From NCBI GenBank assembly GCA_947501605.1, contig CANMWZ010000026.1, positions 1 to 57,653 on the forward strand: a stretch of DNA of 57,653 nucleotides, given 5' to 3'. The translations under genes and the position numbers were made by a program. The notes beneath the pieces are model-generated. The model was not told the origin of the DNA, did no database searches, and worked only from the letters and a program-made list of their open reading frames with translations. Shown here one piece after another: positions 19,012 through 29,517 of the stretch. Numbering within the stretch: the first letter of the stretch is position 1; each line of letters starts with the position of its first letter. Origin of the DNA: Planctomycetota bacterium (GTDB lineage Bacteria; Planctomycetota; UBA1135; UBA2386).

Positions 19012-20397
19012 CTGCGCGTACTTCTGCCGATACTTCTTCGCCAGCTCCGTCTGCTTGTTGCGCAGGTCGACCTCGCGGCCGCCGATCCAGGCGCGTTCCA
19101 CTTTGGTCGTGAGGTCGAGTGGGTTGCCGTCGGTGACGAGTAGCGTCGCCTGCTTGCCGACGGTCAGCGTGCCGAGCTTGTCGCCGACGCCGAGGATGTC
19201 GGCGGCATCGCGCGTGATCGCGGCCATTGCGCGTTCGCGGTCGAGTCCGAACGCGGCGGCCGTCGCGGCGTGGTAGGGGAGGTTGCGCTCGTGGGCGAAC
19301 TCTTCACCGGTGGCGATGCAGAAGCGGATGCCGTGCGCTGCGAGTTGGGCCGGCAGCGCGAACGCCGTGTCGTAGTCGCCGTCGTCGCGCGCCGGCAGTT
19401 TGTGCACCCCGGTCAAGATCACGGGGACGTCGCGCTCACGCAGCAGCTCGATGCAGAGCAGCGCATCCCGGCCGCCGACCAGAACCGTGCGCAGCGAGCG
19501 CGATTGCGTCCACGACAACGCCGACTCGATCTCCTCGAGATCGTCTGCGAGCACGAACACGGGGCGCTCGCCGCGGAGAGCCGCGCCGAGGGCCTGAGCC
19601 TGAAGGTCAGGCGGCGTGTTGGCGTCGCTGGCCTTCTGCTCGTGCCAGTTCTTGGCGCGCGCGAACGTCTCGTCGAGCCGTTGCCGTTCCTTCTTGACCG
19701 CAGCCTCGGGGTCGCGGTCGTCGCCAGCAGCTGTGACGAGGGCAGCGCCGGGCAGCCCTGGCGGGCCTTGCCGCCGCAGATTCCGGCCGCGGCGCGAGAT
19801 TGGGTCAGGGAGCGCTGGCCAATCGACGACCACGCCGGCCTCGCCGAGCACGGTCATGTCCGCATTGGTCCAACCATCGAGTTGCATCACCGAGGCGCGA
19901 CCTGGCAGTTCGCCACCGATCGGAAACACGCAGGCGACCAGTACGCCGTTGGTGCGCGTGACTGGGATCGCGGCCGAGTCCGGATTGAACGCGGTACGTG
20001 CGATCGCCTCGGGCGACTGATCGTTCAGTTCGTCGGTGTCGACCGTCTGGCGCACGGCGCCCACTTCGATCAGCCCTAGTTGCGAATGCGCCGCGATCAG
20101 GCCGGGATAGATGTGCTTTTGCGTCGCGTCGATCCACAGGGCTTCGGTGCCGTCGGGGAGCTTCAGCTTCTCGCCGGGGGACAGCACGGCGCGAAGGATC
20201 CCGTCCTGAAACCAGACGGTGCCGCCGATCAGCGTGCCGCGGTCCATCGTGTGCACGATCGCGTTCTGCAGCACGACGGCCCGCGCTTCTGGGGCGCCCT
20301 TCGGCAGCAGGTCTTGCGCGCTCGCGCGCGGCGCCAGTGTCGCGGTGGCGGCCAAGATGGCGACGAGCGTCACCACGGTAGTGCAGGGGGCGTTCAT
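18994..20397 (-). CDS. Secreted amidohydrolase-family protein
   Basis: Signal peptide; IDATQKHIYPGLIAAHS; GTLTVGKQATLLVTDGNPL. Confidence 0.85.
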   Translation of the reverse strand: MNAPCTTVVTLVAILAATATLAPRASAQDLLPKGAPEARAVVLQNAIVHTMDRGTLIGGTVWFQDGILRAVLSPGEKLKLPDGTEALWIDATQKHIYPGLIAAHSQLGLIEVGAVRQTVDTDELNDQSPEAIARTAFNPDSAAIPVTRTNGVLVACVFPIGGELPGRASVMQLDGWTNADMTVLGEAGVVVDWPALPDPISRRGRNLRRQGPPGLPGAALVTAAGDDRDPEAAVKKERQRLDETFARAKNWHEQKASDANTPPDLQAQALGAALRGERPVFVLADDLEEIESALSWTQSRSLRTVLVGGRDALLCIELLRERDVPVILTGVHKLPARDDGDYDTAFALPAQLAAHGIRFCIATGEEFAHERNLPYHAATAAAFGLDRERAMAAITRDAADILGVGDKLGTLTVGKQATLLVTDGNPLDLTTKVERAWIGGREVDLRNKQTELAKKYRQKYAQLPPAK

Positions 20398-23300
20398 CAG
20401 CGGACTCCTTCGCAGTCGCGGCAGCAGTAGGACGCAGTCAGATCCTCGGCGGCCCAGTAGGCATCGCGCTCGTCGTTCTTGGCGGTCTTGCCCTTCTTGC
20501 CGCCAGCAGCGAGCGCTTTGCGCAGCAGTCGTTCGCGGTCGATTTTGATGGTGGCGCGCAGTTCGCGATCGCGCGCCAGCGAGAAGCGTTCGGCGCCGTC
20601 GACCCAGGTCGATTCACACACCGCGGCGTAGCTGAGCGGATCGTCGCTCCAGATGGCAAAGTCTGCGTCCTTTCCGCGTTCGAGCGAACCCACCTGTGCG
20701 TCGATGCCGAGTTGGATTGCTGGGTTGATGGTCACGAACTTCAGCGCCTCCGCTGGCGGCACGCCGCCGTACTTGACGGCTTTGCCGGCCTCGGTGTTGA
20801 GGCGCCGAGCATGCTCGTTGCTGTCGCTGTTGAAGCTGACGCAGACGCCGACTTCGCGCAGGATCGCGCCGTTGTCGGGGATCGCGTCATAGACCTCGAA
20901 CTTGTAGCCCCACCAATCCGAGAATGCCGACGCACCGATGGCCTGTTCCCGGATCGCTTCGGCGACCTTGTAGCCCTCGAGCACGTGCTGGAAGGTGCCG
21001 ATCCGAAAGCCGAACTCCTTGGCCATGGCGCAGAGCATGAAGATCTCGTCCTGGCGATAGCTGTGGCAGTGAACGCGGCGTTTGCCGGCGAGGATCTCGG
21101 CGATCGCTTCGAGTTCGAGGTCGCGGCGCGGCGGCAACGTGCGAGCGCGATCGCGCGGCGGCAGTGCTTCGTAGCTCGCCACTCGCCGCGCGTAGTCTTG
21201 CGCCACCAAGAACCGGTCGCGGATCAGAGCCTCGACACCCATCCGCGTGCTCGGGTAGCGCCCATTGCCGCCGCCGTTGGCGCCTCGAGGGTTCTCGCCG
21301 AGTGCGAACTTGATGCCTGGGACCGAGCCATGAAACCACATCGCGTCGGGGTGGCTGGAGCCCCAGCGCAGCTTGACCGTGTTGCTCTGGCCGCCAATCG
21401 CGTTGGCCGAACCGTGCAACTGGTTGACGGCGGTGACGCCGCCGGCGAGTTGGCGGTACCAGTTCACATCGTCGGGATCGACCACGTCCTGCACCCGCAC
21501 TTCGGCGGTCACCGCTTCGCCGCCTTCATTGACACCTCGTGAAATGCCGGTGTGGGAGTGGCAGTCGATCACGCCGGGCGTGATGTGCTTGCCGGTCGCG
21601 TCGATGGTCTCCGCCTTGCTGGCATCGGGCGGCAGACCCTCGCGCGGCCCCGCATACGCGATGCGTCCGGCCTTCACCCAGAGCGCTCCGAGCGGGATCG
21701 TGCCCTGCTCGCCACTGGTCCACAGCGTGGCGTTCTGCAGGACAACGTCGCGCGCGGGCGGTTGGGCCAGCACCCCATAGCCACCGAGCGGGGTCGCCAA
21801 CGGTGCGATCACGGGGCGGTCGGCGGCATCGTCCTTCTTCTCGCCGGTCTCGGTTGGTTCCTCTGGCGCGTCCTTGTCGCTCTTGCCGCCCTTCTGTTCG
21901 TCGCCGGCGGGTTTGCTGCGAACGGCTGCGGCCGCATACGTCCCGGTCGCAGCGTGGGCGGTGCCCGTCAACGATGCGTCCGTGCTGGTGCGGGCGCGGA
22001 CCCACGTCGCGCCGGTGCCCAGTGCTTCGTCGGTGATCGCGAACTCGACGCGCTCGTTGGTGACCGCGGCGTTCGTCACCTTGGGGTTGCGGTCGCCGAT
22101 CGTGGCCTTGATCGCGCCGTTGTCGATGGCCAGCGCCACCTCGACCTTCGGGTCTAGCTGCACGGTGAGTGTCCACGTGCCATCGAGGCCCTTGGCCTTC
22201 TTGGCTTCGATCTCGTGGCGGTTGCCGGCGACAAATACCGCGTCGATGCGGGCCTTGGGGTCAAACAGGTCGCCGTCGACCACCACGAGGTTCGCGATCC
22301 GACCGTTCTCCAACGTGCCGAGGTCCTGGGCGCAACCGAGAATCTCGGCGGGCGTGGTCGTGAGTGCCGCTAGCGCTTGGTCGCGATCGATGTCAAACGC
22401 GAGCGCATCGGCGAGATTGGTGCGGAAGTCCTTCTTGTCCTGGAGCCGCGCCGTCGTCAGCGCCACCTTGACGCCTTCATCGAGCAGCCGTCGCAGGTTG
22501 GTCGGTGCCTGCTCCCAGGTCTGCAGTTGCCGCAGCGACACGCGTTGCTGCTTGCCGATCGTTGCGACGTCGGGTGCTTCAGGGAAGTGGACCGGCACGA
22601 TGACCGGCACCTTCGCCAATGCGATCGCCTGCGCGCGCCGGAACTCCATGCCGCTGCCGATCGCAACCATCGGGCGATCGAACTCCGCAGCGATGCGCGC
22701 GGCGCGCAGGATCTGGAGTTCGTCGTCGCAATCGAACATCAGCGGCAGGGTGCGGCGTGAGGACAGCATCGCCAGCGCGGCATTGGCCGAAGGGCGCTGG
22801 CCGCTCGCGCTGCGGTCGGCAGTGAGCACGGCTTCGCTGCTGGCGAACCAGTTCGCGTCGGCGAGGACCTGACGCACCAGGGAGATGGCACCCATCTCGC
22901 TGCTCGGATGGCTGCCAAAGCGCATCGACAGACTGCACAAGTGGTAGGACTCGGCGCGCACCACTTGCGCCTTGTGACCAGTCGTCGGTTCGTCGAGCAG
23001 CACCACGGCACCGGTGCCCTTGAAGTTGCCGCCGATGGGGGCAATCGCCGCGGCGCAGAAGCCGAGCGAGCGCAGCAGTTCGCGATCCTGTTTGCTAGCA
23101 CCGTCGGCGGCCAGCGGATCGCGCTGACTAAGGACCGATGGGTGCCAGTGCACGTTCGGGGCGTCGGCGTCCGGCGCCGGCACGTCGATGGCGAGGAACG
23201 GTTCGATCAGACCTGGGTAGATCGTGAGCCCGGTGCAGTCGTGCACCCGGGCACCGTCGGGCGGCGCGGCGCCGGCACTGCAGCTGACCACGCGCCCATC

Positions 23301-23486
23301 TTTGATGACGAGAGTCGCGTTCTCGATGCGCTGACCTGGCTTGACGACTACCGCAGCGCCGCGCAACGCGTGGTAGCGCAGGTCGGCGGCGGCGGGGCCA
23401 TTGCTGGGCGGGCCCTGGCTCAGGGCAAGCGAGACCACAAGCGTGGACGCGAACAAGGCGCGGGCGGACGACATGCGCCGGACCAT
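20397..23486 (-). CDS. Secreted tandem amidohydrolase (two amidohydrolase domains)
   Basis: Domain 1 TIYPGLIEPF (no HxH); domain 2 PGVIDCHSH, IKFALGENP, HCHSYRQDE, FQHVLEGY, FNSDS, GSLERGKDAD. Confidence 0.85.
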   Translation of the reverse strand: MVRRMSSARALFASTLVVSLALSQGPPSNGPAAADLRYHALRGAAVVVKPGQRIENATLVIKDGRVVSCSAGAAPPDGARVHDCTGLTIYPGLIEPFLAIDVPAPDADAPNVHWHPSVLSQRDPLAADGASKQDRELLRSLGFCAAAIAPIGGNFKGTGAVVLLDEPTTGHKAQVVRAESYHLCSLSMRFGSHPSSEMGAISLVRQVLADANWFASSEAVLTADRSASGQRPSANAALAMLSSRRTLPLMFDCDDELQILRAARIAAEFDRPMVAIGSGMEFRRAQAIALAKVPVIVPVHFPEAPDVATIGKQQRVSLRQLQTWEQAPTNLRRLLDEGVKVALTTARLQDKKDFRTNLADALAFDIDRDQALAALTTTPAEILGCAQDLGTLENGRIANLVVVDGDLFDPKARIDAVFVAGNRHEIEAKKAKGLDGTWTLTVQLDPKVEVALAIDNGAIKATIGDRNPKVTNAAVTNERVEFAITDEALGTGATWVRARTSTDASLTGTAHAATGTYAAAAVRSKPAGDEQKGGKSDKDAPEEPTETGEKKDDAADRPVIAPLATPLGGYGVLAQPPARDVVLQNATLWTSGEQGTIPLGALWVKAGRIAYAGPREGLPPDASKAETIDATGKHITPGVIDCHSHTGISRGVNEGGEAVTAEVRVQDVVDPDDVNWYRQLAGGVTAVNQLHGSANAIGGQSNTVKLRWGSSHPDAMWFHGSVPGIKFALGENPRGANGGGNGRYPSTRMGVEALIRDRFLVAQDYARRVASYEALPPRDRARTLPPRRDLELEAIAEILAGKRRVHCHSYRQDEIFMLCAMAKEFGFRIGTFQHVLEGYKVAEAIREQAIGASAFSDWWGYKFEVYDAIPDNGAILREVGVCVSFNSDSNEHARRLNTEAGKAVKYGGVPPAEALKFVTINPAIQLGIDAQVGSLERGKDADFAIWSDDPLSYAAVCESTWVDGAERFSLARDRELRATIKIDRERLLRKALAAGGKKGKTAKNDERDAYWAAEDLTASYCCRDCEGVR

Positions 23487-23522
23487 AGCGGCGCGGTGGC
23501 GCGTTCCTATCGCCTCTGTGCG

Positions 23523-26500
23523 TCAGATCGGAGCTACCGGCTCCGAAGTCGGCACTCGGTGCTCGCCGACGCCGCGGTAGATCCAGCCGAGCGCCCGCCG
23601 CACGTCGTCGAAGACGAGGTAGATCGAGGGCACGATCAGCAGGCTCACCGTCGTGGCGAACATGACGCCGAAACCGAGGCTGACCGCCATCGGGATCAAG
23701 AACTGGGCCTGCACGCTCTTCTCGAGCAGCAGTGGCACCAGTCCACCGAACGTGGTCAGCGACGTCAGCAAGATCGGACGGAAGCGGCGCGCACCGGCGT
23801 CGGCAACCGCTTCGATCAACGACACGTCGTCGGCGCGCCGCTGGTTGATGGCATCGACCATCACGATGTTGTCGTTGACGACGACGCCGGCGAGGGCGAT
23901 GGCGCCGAACATCGACATGATGCTGAGATCGAGTCCCGTCACCAGGTGGCCGAGGATCGCACCGCCAAACCCGTACGGAATCGCGGTCATGATCAGCAGT
24001 GGCTGCGTGTAGCTCTTCAGCGGGATCGCAATCAGGGCGTAGATCAAGAACAGCGCAAACACGAACCCGACCAGCAACGCGCGCATCAGGTCCGCCTTGT
24101 TCTTTTGGTCGCCCTCGAAGCTCCATCCGAGTCCTGGGCAGCGCCGGACGAGCTCGGGCAGCACCTTGGTCCGCAACTCCTCATTGATGGCCTCGGGGCT
24201 CGCGGCGGGGTCGTTCTCGTCGACATCGCCGCTGACGCGCACGGAGCGCTTCTGGTCGACGCGCGTGATCGAGGCGTAACTGCGCCCGAACTTCGCCTCG
24301 GCAACTTCGTGGAACGGCACCTCCGCGCCTGCAGCTGTGCGGATGCGCAAGTCGTCGAGGTCCGCGAGCGAGCGGCGGCGGTCGTCGGGATAGCGCACCA
24401 TGACTTTGACTTCGTCGCGACCGCGTTGCACGCGCTGAGCCTCCTCGCCATAGAAGGCCTGCCGCACCTGACGAGCGAGGTCGCGCTGCGACAGGCCCAG
24501 CACTTCGGCGCGCGGCGCGATACCGAGTTCGATCTCCTGCTTGCCGAGTCGGAAGGTGTCCGTGACGTCCTTCACGTCGGGGCGGCGCAGCAGCTCGAGT
24601 TTGAGTTGATCGGCGGCGGTGCGCAGCATGCCGAGGTCTTCGTGCGTCAGTTGCACGTCGACGTCCTTGCCGGTGGAGAAGAACGACGATGTGAAGGACA
24701 GTTCGACAGCATCCGGAATGATGCCCACGGTGTCGCGCAGGCGTGTCTGCAGCACCATCGATCCGAGCCTGCGTTGTTCCGACGGCAGCAGCTGCAGGTT
24801 GATCTCGCCCAGATGCGAAGCGGCTTGGCCTTGGATGTCGCGTTGGCCGCCGTTGCGAGCTTGTTCGACGGCAAATGGTTGGCTGCCGACCGAGGTCAGC
24901 ATGTGCTGCACGATGCTCCGGCCTGTAGCGGCGTAACCCTCCTCGCGGTCGATCTCGTCGCGCACCTGCATGGCCGCGCGTTCCAGGCGTTGCATGATCG
25001 CTGTGGTCACTTCGATCGGCGTGCCCTGTGGCATCGTCAGGGAAACCACGACGTTGTCGCCGTCGACCTGCGGGAAGAACACGAAACGCGGCATGCCCAC
25101 CTTCACGCCGGTGAACAGCAGTACCAACACGGCGAGCGACGTCGCGAGCGTCAGGTAGCGCCAGCGCAGACAGAGATCCGCGAACGGTTGGTAGCAGCGG
25201 TCGATGAACCACTGCAGTCCGTTCTGGAAGCCACCCTGGATGAGGGTCCACGTGCTGCTGACTGGCGAGAACAGGCGGGCGAAGACGGCGCGCACGCCGG
25301 TCGGCGCCTGATCGTCGTGCGGCAGATGGGCGAGGTGGGCCGGCAGGATCAGCTGCGACTCGAGGAGCGAGAACAACAACACCGGGATCACGATGGACGG
25401 GATCACGCGCCAGACCTGCGCGTCGGCGCCGGGTACGTTGAACATCGGCAAGAACGCGGCGACCGTTGTCATGACCGCGGCGAACACCGGCGCGCGCACG
25501 CTGCGCGCACCGCGTAGCGCGGCGGCCAGCGTCGACCTCGTCTTCTCGCGTTCGATCATCACGGCATCGCCCACGACGATGGCGTCGTCGACCACGATGC
25601 CGAGCACCAGCAAGAACGCGAACAAGGAGATCAGGTTGATGCTGACGTCGAGGAACGGCATCAACATCGCGGCCCCCAAGAAGGCAACCGGGATGCCCAG
25701 CGCCACCCACATTGCCAAGCGGAACTGCAAGAACAACGCGAGCAGCACGATCACGATCAAGCCGCCTTGCATCGCGTTGGTCAGCAGCAGGTCGATGCGG
25801 CCGCGCAGGATCACGGACTCGTCGCGCCAAGTCGTCATCGAGACGCCGTGCGGCAACAGGCTCTTGCCCTCGCCATTCACGTAGTCCCGAACCTGCTGGG
25901 TGATCGCCAGGGCGTCCTGGTCGCCGATGCGGAACACCTTCAGCAAGACCGTCGGCTGCCCGTCGAAGCGTGACGCGAGATCCTCGTCGGCGAAGGCGTC
26001 GCGCACAGTCGCGACTTCGCCCAACGTGATGCGGGTGCCGTCGGTCGAGGTGAGCAGCACCAGATCTTGGAAGTCCTGGCCGCGGTAGGCCTGGCCTTCC
26101 ACGCGCAACAGGGTCTGGCCCGATTCGGCCTTGATCGCGCCAGCAGGCAGGTCCAGCGAGGAGCGGCGCACCGCCTCGGCGACGGCGTCGAAGGTGAGCC
26201 CGAAGCGGCGCAAGGCGGTCTCCGAGACCTCGATGGCGATCTCGTACGGCCGCACTGCGGTCAGCTCGACTTGGCTGATGCCCGGCAGTGCTGTGAGTGC
26301 CGTGCGAACCTGCTCGCCGAGCTGTTTGAGCGACGCTTCGTCGGCCGCGCCATGCACAGCGACATTGATGACTTCCTTGCGAACGACGAGCTGCGCGATG
26401 ATCGGTTCTTCGACTTCGTCCGGAAAGCTCGTGATCGAATCGACGCGGTTCTTGATGTCGTTGTAGACCTGCACGAGGTCGGCGTCGTTCATCGCCTCGA

Positions 26501-26822
26501 CGATGACGACCCCGGAGCCCTCGTTGGCGGTGGCGGTTACCTTGTCGACGCCGGTGATGCCGGCGACAGCCTCTTCGATGCGCGTGATCGCACCCTGTTC
26601 GACCTCCGTCGGCGTGGCGCCCGGGTAGATCACGGTCACCGTGACGATGTTCGGCTTGACCTCGGGGAACACCTCGGTCCGGATGCGGCCGCTCCACACC
26701 ATCAGCCCGCCGCCGAGCAGAAACAGCAGCATCAGGATGTTGGCCGCGATGCTGTTGCGCGGGAACCAGTTGAAGAAACCAAGAGGTTCCGCTTCGGCTT
26801 CCAGATCGCGCGCGCGCATCAC
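23523..26822 (-). CDS. RND efflux permease (AcrB family)
   Basis: 1,099 aa; GIVVDDAIVV, RFRPILLTSLTT, GVVVNDNIVM. Confidence 0.95.
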   Translation of the reverse strand: MMRARDLEAEAEPLGFFNWFPRNSIAANILMLLFLLGGGLMVWSGRIRTEVFPEVKPNIVTVTVIYPGATPTEVEQGAITRIEEAVAGITGVDKVTATANEGSGVVIVEAMNDADLVQVYNDIKNRVDSITSFPDEVEEPIIAQLVVRKEVINVAVHGAADEASLKQLGEQVRTALTALPGISQVELTAVRPYEIAIEVSETALRRFGLTFDAVAEAVRRSSLDLPAGAIKAESGQTLLRVEGQAYRGQDFQDLVLLTSTDGTRITLGEVATVRDAFADEDLASRFDGQPTVLLKVFRIGDQDALAITQQVRDYVNGEGKSLLPHGVSMTTWRDESVILRGRIDLLLTNAMQGGLIVIVLLALFLQFRLAMWVALGIPVAFLGAAMLMPFLDVSINLISLFAFLLVLGIVVDDAIVVGDAVMIEREKTRSTLAAALRGARSVRAPVFAAVMTTVAAFLPMFNVPGADAQVWRVIPSIVIPVLLFSLLESQLILPAHLAHLPHDDQAPTGVRAVFARLFSPVSSTWTLIQGGFQNGLQWFIDRCYQPFADLCLRWRYLTLATSLAVLVLLFTGVKVGMPRFVFFPQVDGDNVVVSLTMPQGTPIEVTTAIMQRLERAAMQVRDEIDREEGYAATGRSIVQHMLTSVGSQPFAVEQARNGGQRDIQGQAASHLGEINLQLLPSEQRRLGSMVLQTRLRDTVGIIPDAVELSFTSSFFSTGKDVDVQLTHEDLGMLRTAADQLKLELLRRPDVKDVTDTFRLGKQEIELGIAPRAEVLGLSQRDLARQVRQAFYGEEAQRVQRGRDEVKVMVRYPDDRRRSLADLDDLRIRTAAGAEVPFHEVAEAKFGRSYASITRVDQKRSVRVSGDVDENDPAASPEAINEELRTKVLPELVRRCPGLGWSFEGDQKNKADLMRALLVGFVFALFLIYALIAIPLKSYTQPLLIMTAIPYGFGGAILGHLVTGLDLSIMSMFGAIALAGVVVNDNIVMVDAINQRRADDVSLIEAVADAGARRFRPILLTSLTTFGGLVPLLLEKSVQAQFLIPMAVSLGFGVMFATTVSLLIVPSIYLVFDDVRRALGWIYRGVGEHRVPTSEPVAPI

Positions 26823-28030
26823 TTCCCTCCGTTCTTGGGCGCGGCCGCCGGACCCTGGCTTCGGTCGCTCGGGTCGACTTGGAGCACCTGCACCGGCATG
26901 CCGTCGACCAACGTGTCGATCGGCGACAGACAGATGCGTTCGCCGGGCGCGAGCTCGCCGTACACATAGACGCTGGTGCGATCGCGGCGCAGCACGTTGA
27001 CCATGCGGGCGTAGAGTCGGTTCTCGACGTCGACGATCAGGGCGCGACCGTCCTGGCGCAGTGCTGCGCGCGGCAGCACGTAGACATTGTCGTACCTGCG
27101 CCCCTGGATCGTGGCCTCGACGAACATCCCGACGGTGAGCGGTTGACGCTGCGGATCGCCCTTGGTGTCGAACGGCGCCGCGATGCGCGCGACCAGCGTC
27201 AGCTGCCGCGTGCGGCGGTCGATTTCGCCCTCGGTGCGCACCACGGTGCCGTTCCAGCGACAGCGTTGGCCAGCGAAGTCGGTCGTCAATTCGACGGCGT
27301 GCGTCATCGGCGCGCCGCCTTCCGTGCGCGCGAGGTCGAGGAAGGCGGCATCGTCGTCAGGTATGGGCAGGCGCACTTCGACGAAGTCGATGCCGTAGAC
27401 CTCAGCGAGCGGCTGGCCGGCGCTGAGGAACTGACCGACGTCGGCCGATGTGCGGCGCACGCGACCCGCGAATGGCAGCGAGACCTTGGTCCGTTGCAGG
27501 TCGAGTTCGGCGCGCGATCGCGTCGCCTTCGCCGCGGCGAGCGCGGCCTCGGCCTCGGCGACGAACAGCTTGCGCGTCGCCAGCGAGTCGGCGGAGCGGG
27601 TGCCTTCGAGCTGTTGCCACGCCCGCAGTGCGACCTCGGCCTCCGCGTTCTCTTGGGCGAGCCGGAGCACGGCGCGGGCGACGTTGGCGTCCTGTTGAAC
27701 GAGCGCCAAGCGGTAATCGGCGTCATCGATCGACACCAGCGTCTCGCCAGCGGCGAAGAACGAGCCGGGCCGCAGATTGTCCGACATCGTGCTGATGCGG
27801 CCCGTGACCTGGGCGCTGACGACGACCGCGGTCAACGCCTCCACGGTGCCCTGGCTCTTCACCTCCATTTGCAGCGAGGTCGGCGACACCGCCAGCACGT
27901 GGACCATCGGGATCCGCGGCGGCGGCGCAATCGACGTCGGTGATTCCATGTTGGCGATCATCTTGGCGGCGATCGCAATGGCGCTGCCGAGCACGAGCAC
28001 CGGCAAGAGAAACTGCAGGAGGACTCTCAT
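26819..28030 (-). CDS. RND periplasmic adaptor (MFP)
   Basis: N-terminal anchor, SAQVTGRI, helical hairpin, LQRTKVSLPFAGRV, LTVGMFV. Confidence 0.92.
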   Translation of the reverse strand: MRVLLQFLLPVLVLGSAIAIAAKMIANMESPTSIAPPPRIPMVHVLAVSPTSLQMEVKSQGTVEALTAVVVSAQVTGRISTMSDNLRPGSFFAAGETLVSIDDADYRLALVQQDANVARAVLRLAQENAEAEVALRAWQQLEGTRSADSLATRKLFVAEAEAALAAAKATRSRAELDLQRTKVSLPFAGRVRRTSADVGQFLSAGQPLAEVYGIDFVEVRLPIPDDDAAFLDLARTEGGAPMTHAVELTTDFAGQRCRWNGTVVRTEGEIDRRTRQLTLVARIAAPFDTKGDPQRQPLTVGMFVEATIQGRRYDNVYVLPRAALRQDGRALIVDVENRLYARMVNVLRRDRTSVYVYGELAPGERICLSPIDTLVDGMPVQVLQVDPSDRSQGPAAAPKNGGK

Positions 28031-29517
28031 GGCTTGCTCTGTTCCGCGGTCGAGTCGGGCGCTGTGACCGCGGCGTTGCCGTAGCCGCCGCCGAGCGCCA
28101 GGATCAGGTCGATGCGATTGTCGATGCGCTGACGGCGCACGGCGAGGTTGGCCGATTGGGCAACGAACGCGCGCTGCTGGCTGTCTTGCACTTCGAGGAA
28201 GGTGGTGAGGCCGAGCTGGTAACGCTCGCGCGCGAGGTCGCGGGCCATCGCGCTGTTCTCGGCCGCGCTCTGTACCGCGCGCTCCTGCTGGGCGAGCCAG
28301 GTGCTCGACTCGAGCGCATTCTCGACCTCGGCGAACGCCCGCAACAGCGCCGCGCCATACTCGGCGATCGAGGTCAGCTGCACGGCTTCGTTGCGGCGCA
28401 CCTCGGCGCGCAGCGCGCCGCCGCGAAACAGCGGCTGCAGCAGGTTGGCGCCAAGCGACCAGACGCGAAACGAGTCATCCAGCAGGTCCGAGAGTTCTTC
28501 GCTGTTGGTGCCGCCGCTCGCCGTCAGACTGAGACGCGGATAGAGCGCGGCGCGCGCTGCATCGACTCGGCAACCGGAGGCCGCGAGGCGCCGTTCGGCC
28601 GCCGCCAGATCAGGGCGTCGATCGAGCAGCACCGAAGGCAGGCCGGCAGGCACTTCGGGCAGGGTTCGCGTCAGGGTTTCGGCCCCGTTCACGAGTTTGC
28701 CGGGGTAGCGGCCCATCAGCACTTCGAGTTGGCGCGCGGCCGCGGCGAGGCGCTGTTGGCGCAAGGCGCGGTCGGCGCGTGCGGACTCGAGACTGGTCGT
28801 CGATTGGTAGGTGTCGATTGCCGGGCGGACACCGCGGCGGAAGCGCTCGCGGACGTCGTCGGCGGTGGCGGCGAAGGCAGTGACGGTCGCCTCGGTGAGT
28901 CGCAGTTGCTCGCGGGCTTCGACGAGTGCGAAGTAGGCCCGGCAGACTTGGCCGGCGAGGCTCGTACGGGCCGCGGCGAAGTCGGCTGTGCTCGCCTGGG
29001 CATCGGCCAGCGCGGCAGCCTCGGTCGACCGCAGTCGGTTCCAGAGATCGAGTTCCCAACGCACCGTGAGGTTGGCGTTCAAGATCGTTGCGGTGTTGCT
29101 GGGGACGCCGCCGGTCCCGAACGGGAAGCCGACGAAGACGCGCCGCGACCGTTGCGCGTCGAGCTGCGCGTCCACCGTTGGCAACACGGGAGCACCGGCG
29201 AGGATCGCGAGCTCGTTGGCCGCGAACACGCGAGCGGCCGCCGCCGCGAGGTCGCGGTTCTGCTTCAGAGCGGTGGCGACGCAGGCATCGAGTTCGACAT
29301 CGCCGAAGGCGGTCCACCAGTCGCTGTTCAGGGTGCCTTCGGCGCTGCGACCCTCACCGGTCGCGGTCCACGCGGAAGGCAGATCCGGAGGCGGCTCGAT
29401 CGCTGCCGGCGGCGGCGGTGTGCCCGCGCAACCGGCGAGCACGGCCGCGACGGCGGCCTGCATGCACCAGCGGGAAATGTCGGTGCCGCGGGACTCGGGC
29501 TGATGGGAACCGTTCAT
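28027..29517 (-). CDS. Outer-membrane efflux lipoprotein (NodT/TolC family)
   Basis: Lipobox VLAGC; WWTAFGD, WELDLW, LLDRRPDL, ALGGG. Confidence 0.92.
   Translation of the reverse strand: MNGSHQPESRGTDISRWCMQAAVAAVLAGCAGTPPPPAAIEPPPDLPSAWTATGEGRSAEGTLNSDWWTAFGDVELDACVATALKQNRDLAAAAARVFAANELAILAGAPVLPTVDAQLDAQRSRRVFVGFPFGTGGVPSNTATILNANLTVRWELDLWNRLRSTEAAALADAQASTADFAAARTSLAGQVCRAYFALVEAREQLRLTEATVTAFAATADDVRERFRRGVRPAIDTYQSTTSLESARADRALRQQRLAAAARQLEVLMGRYPGKLVNGAETLTRTLPEVPAGLPSVLLDRRPDLAAAERRLAASGCRVDAARAALYPRLSLTASGGTNSEELSDLLDDSFRVWSLGANLLQPLFRGGALRAEVRRNEAVQLTSIAEYGAALLRAFAEVENALESSTWLAQQERAVQSAAENSAMARDLARERYQLGLTTFLEVQDSQQRAFVAQSANLAVRRQRIDNRIDLILALGGGYGNAAVTAPDSTAEQSKP

Noticed and set aside
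22908..26967. Long alternative ORFs (869 aa +, 928 aa -)
   Set aside because: Antisense or off-frame shadows of the RND and amidohydrolase genes; Arg/Pro/Ala-rich, typical of high-GC DNA
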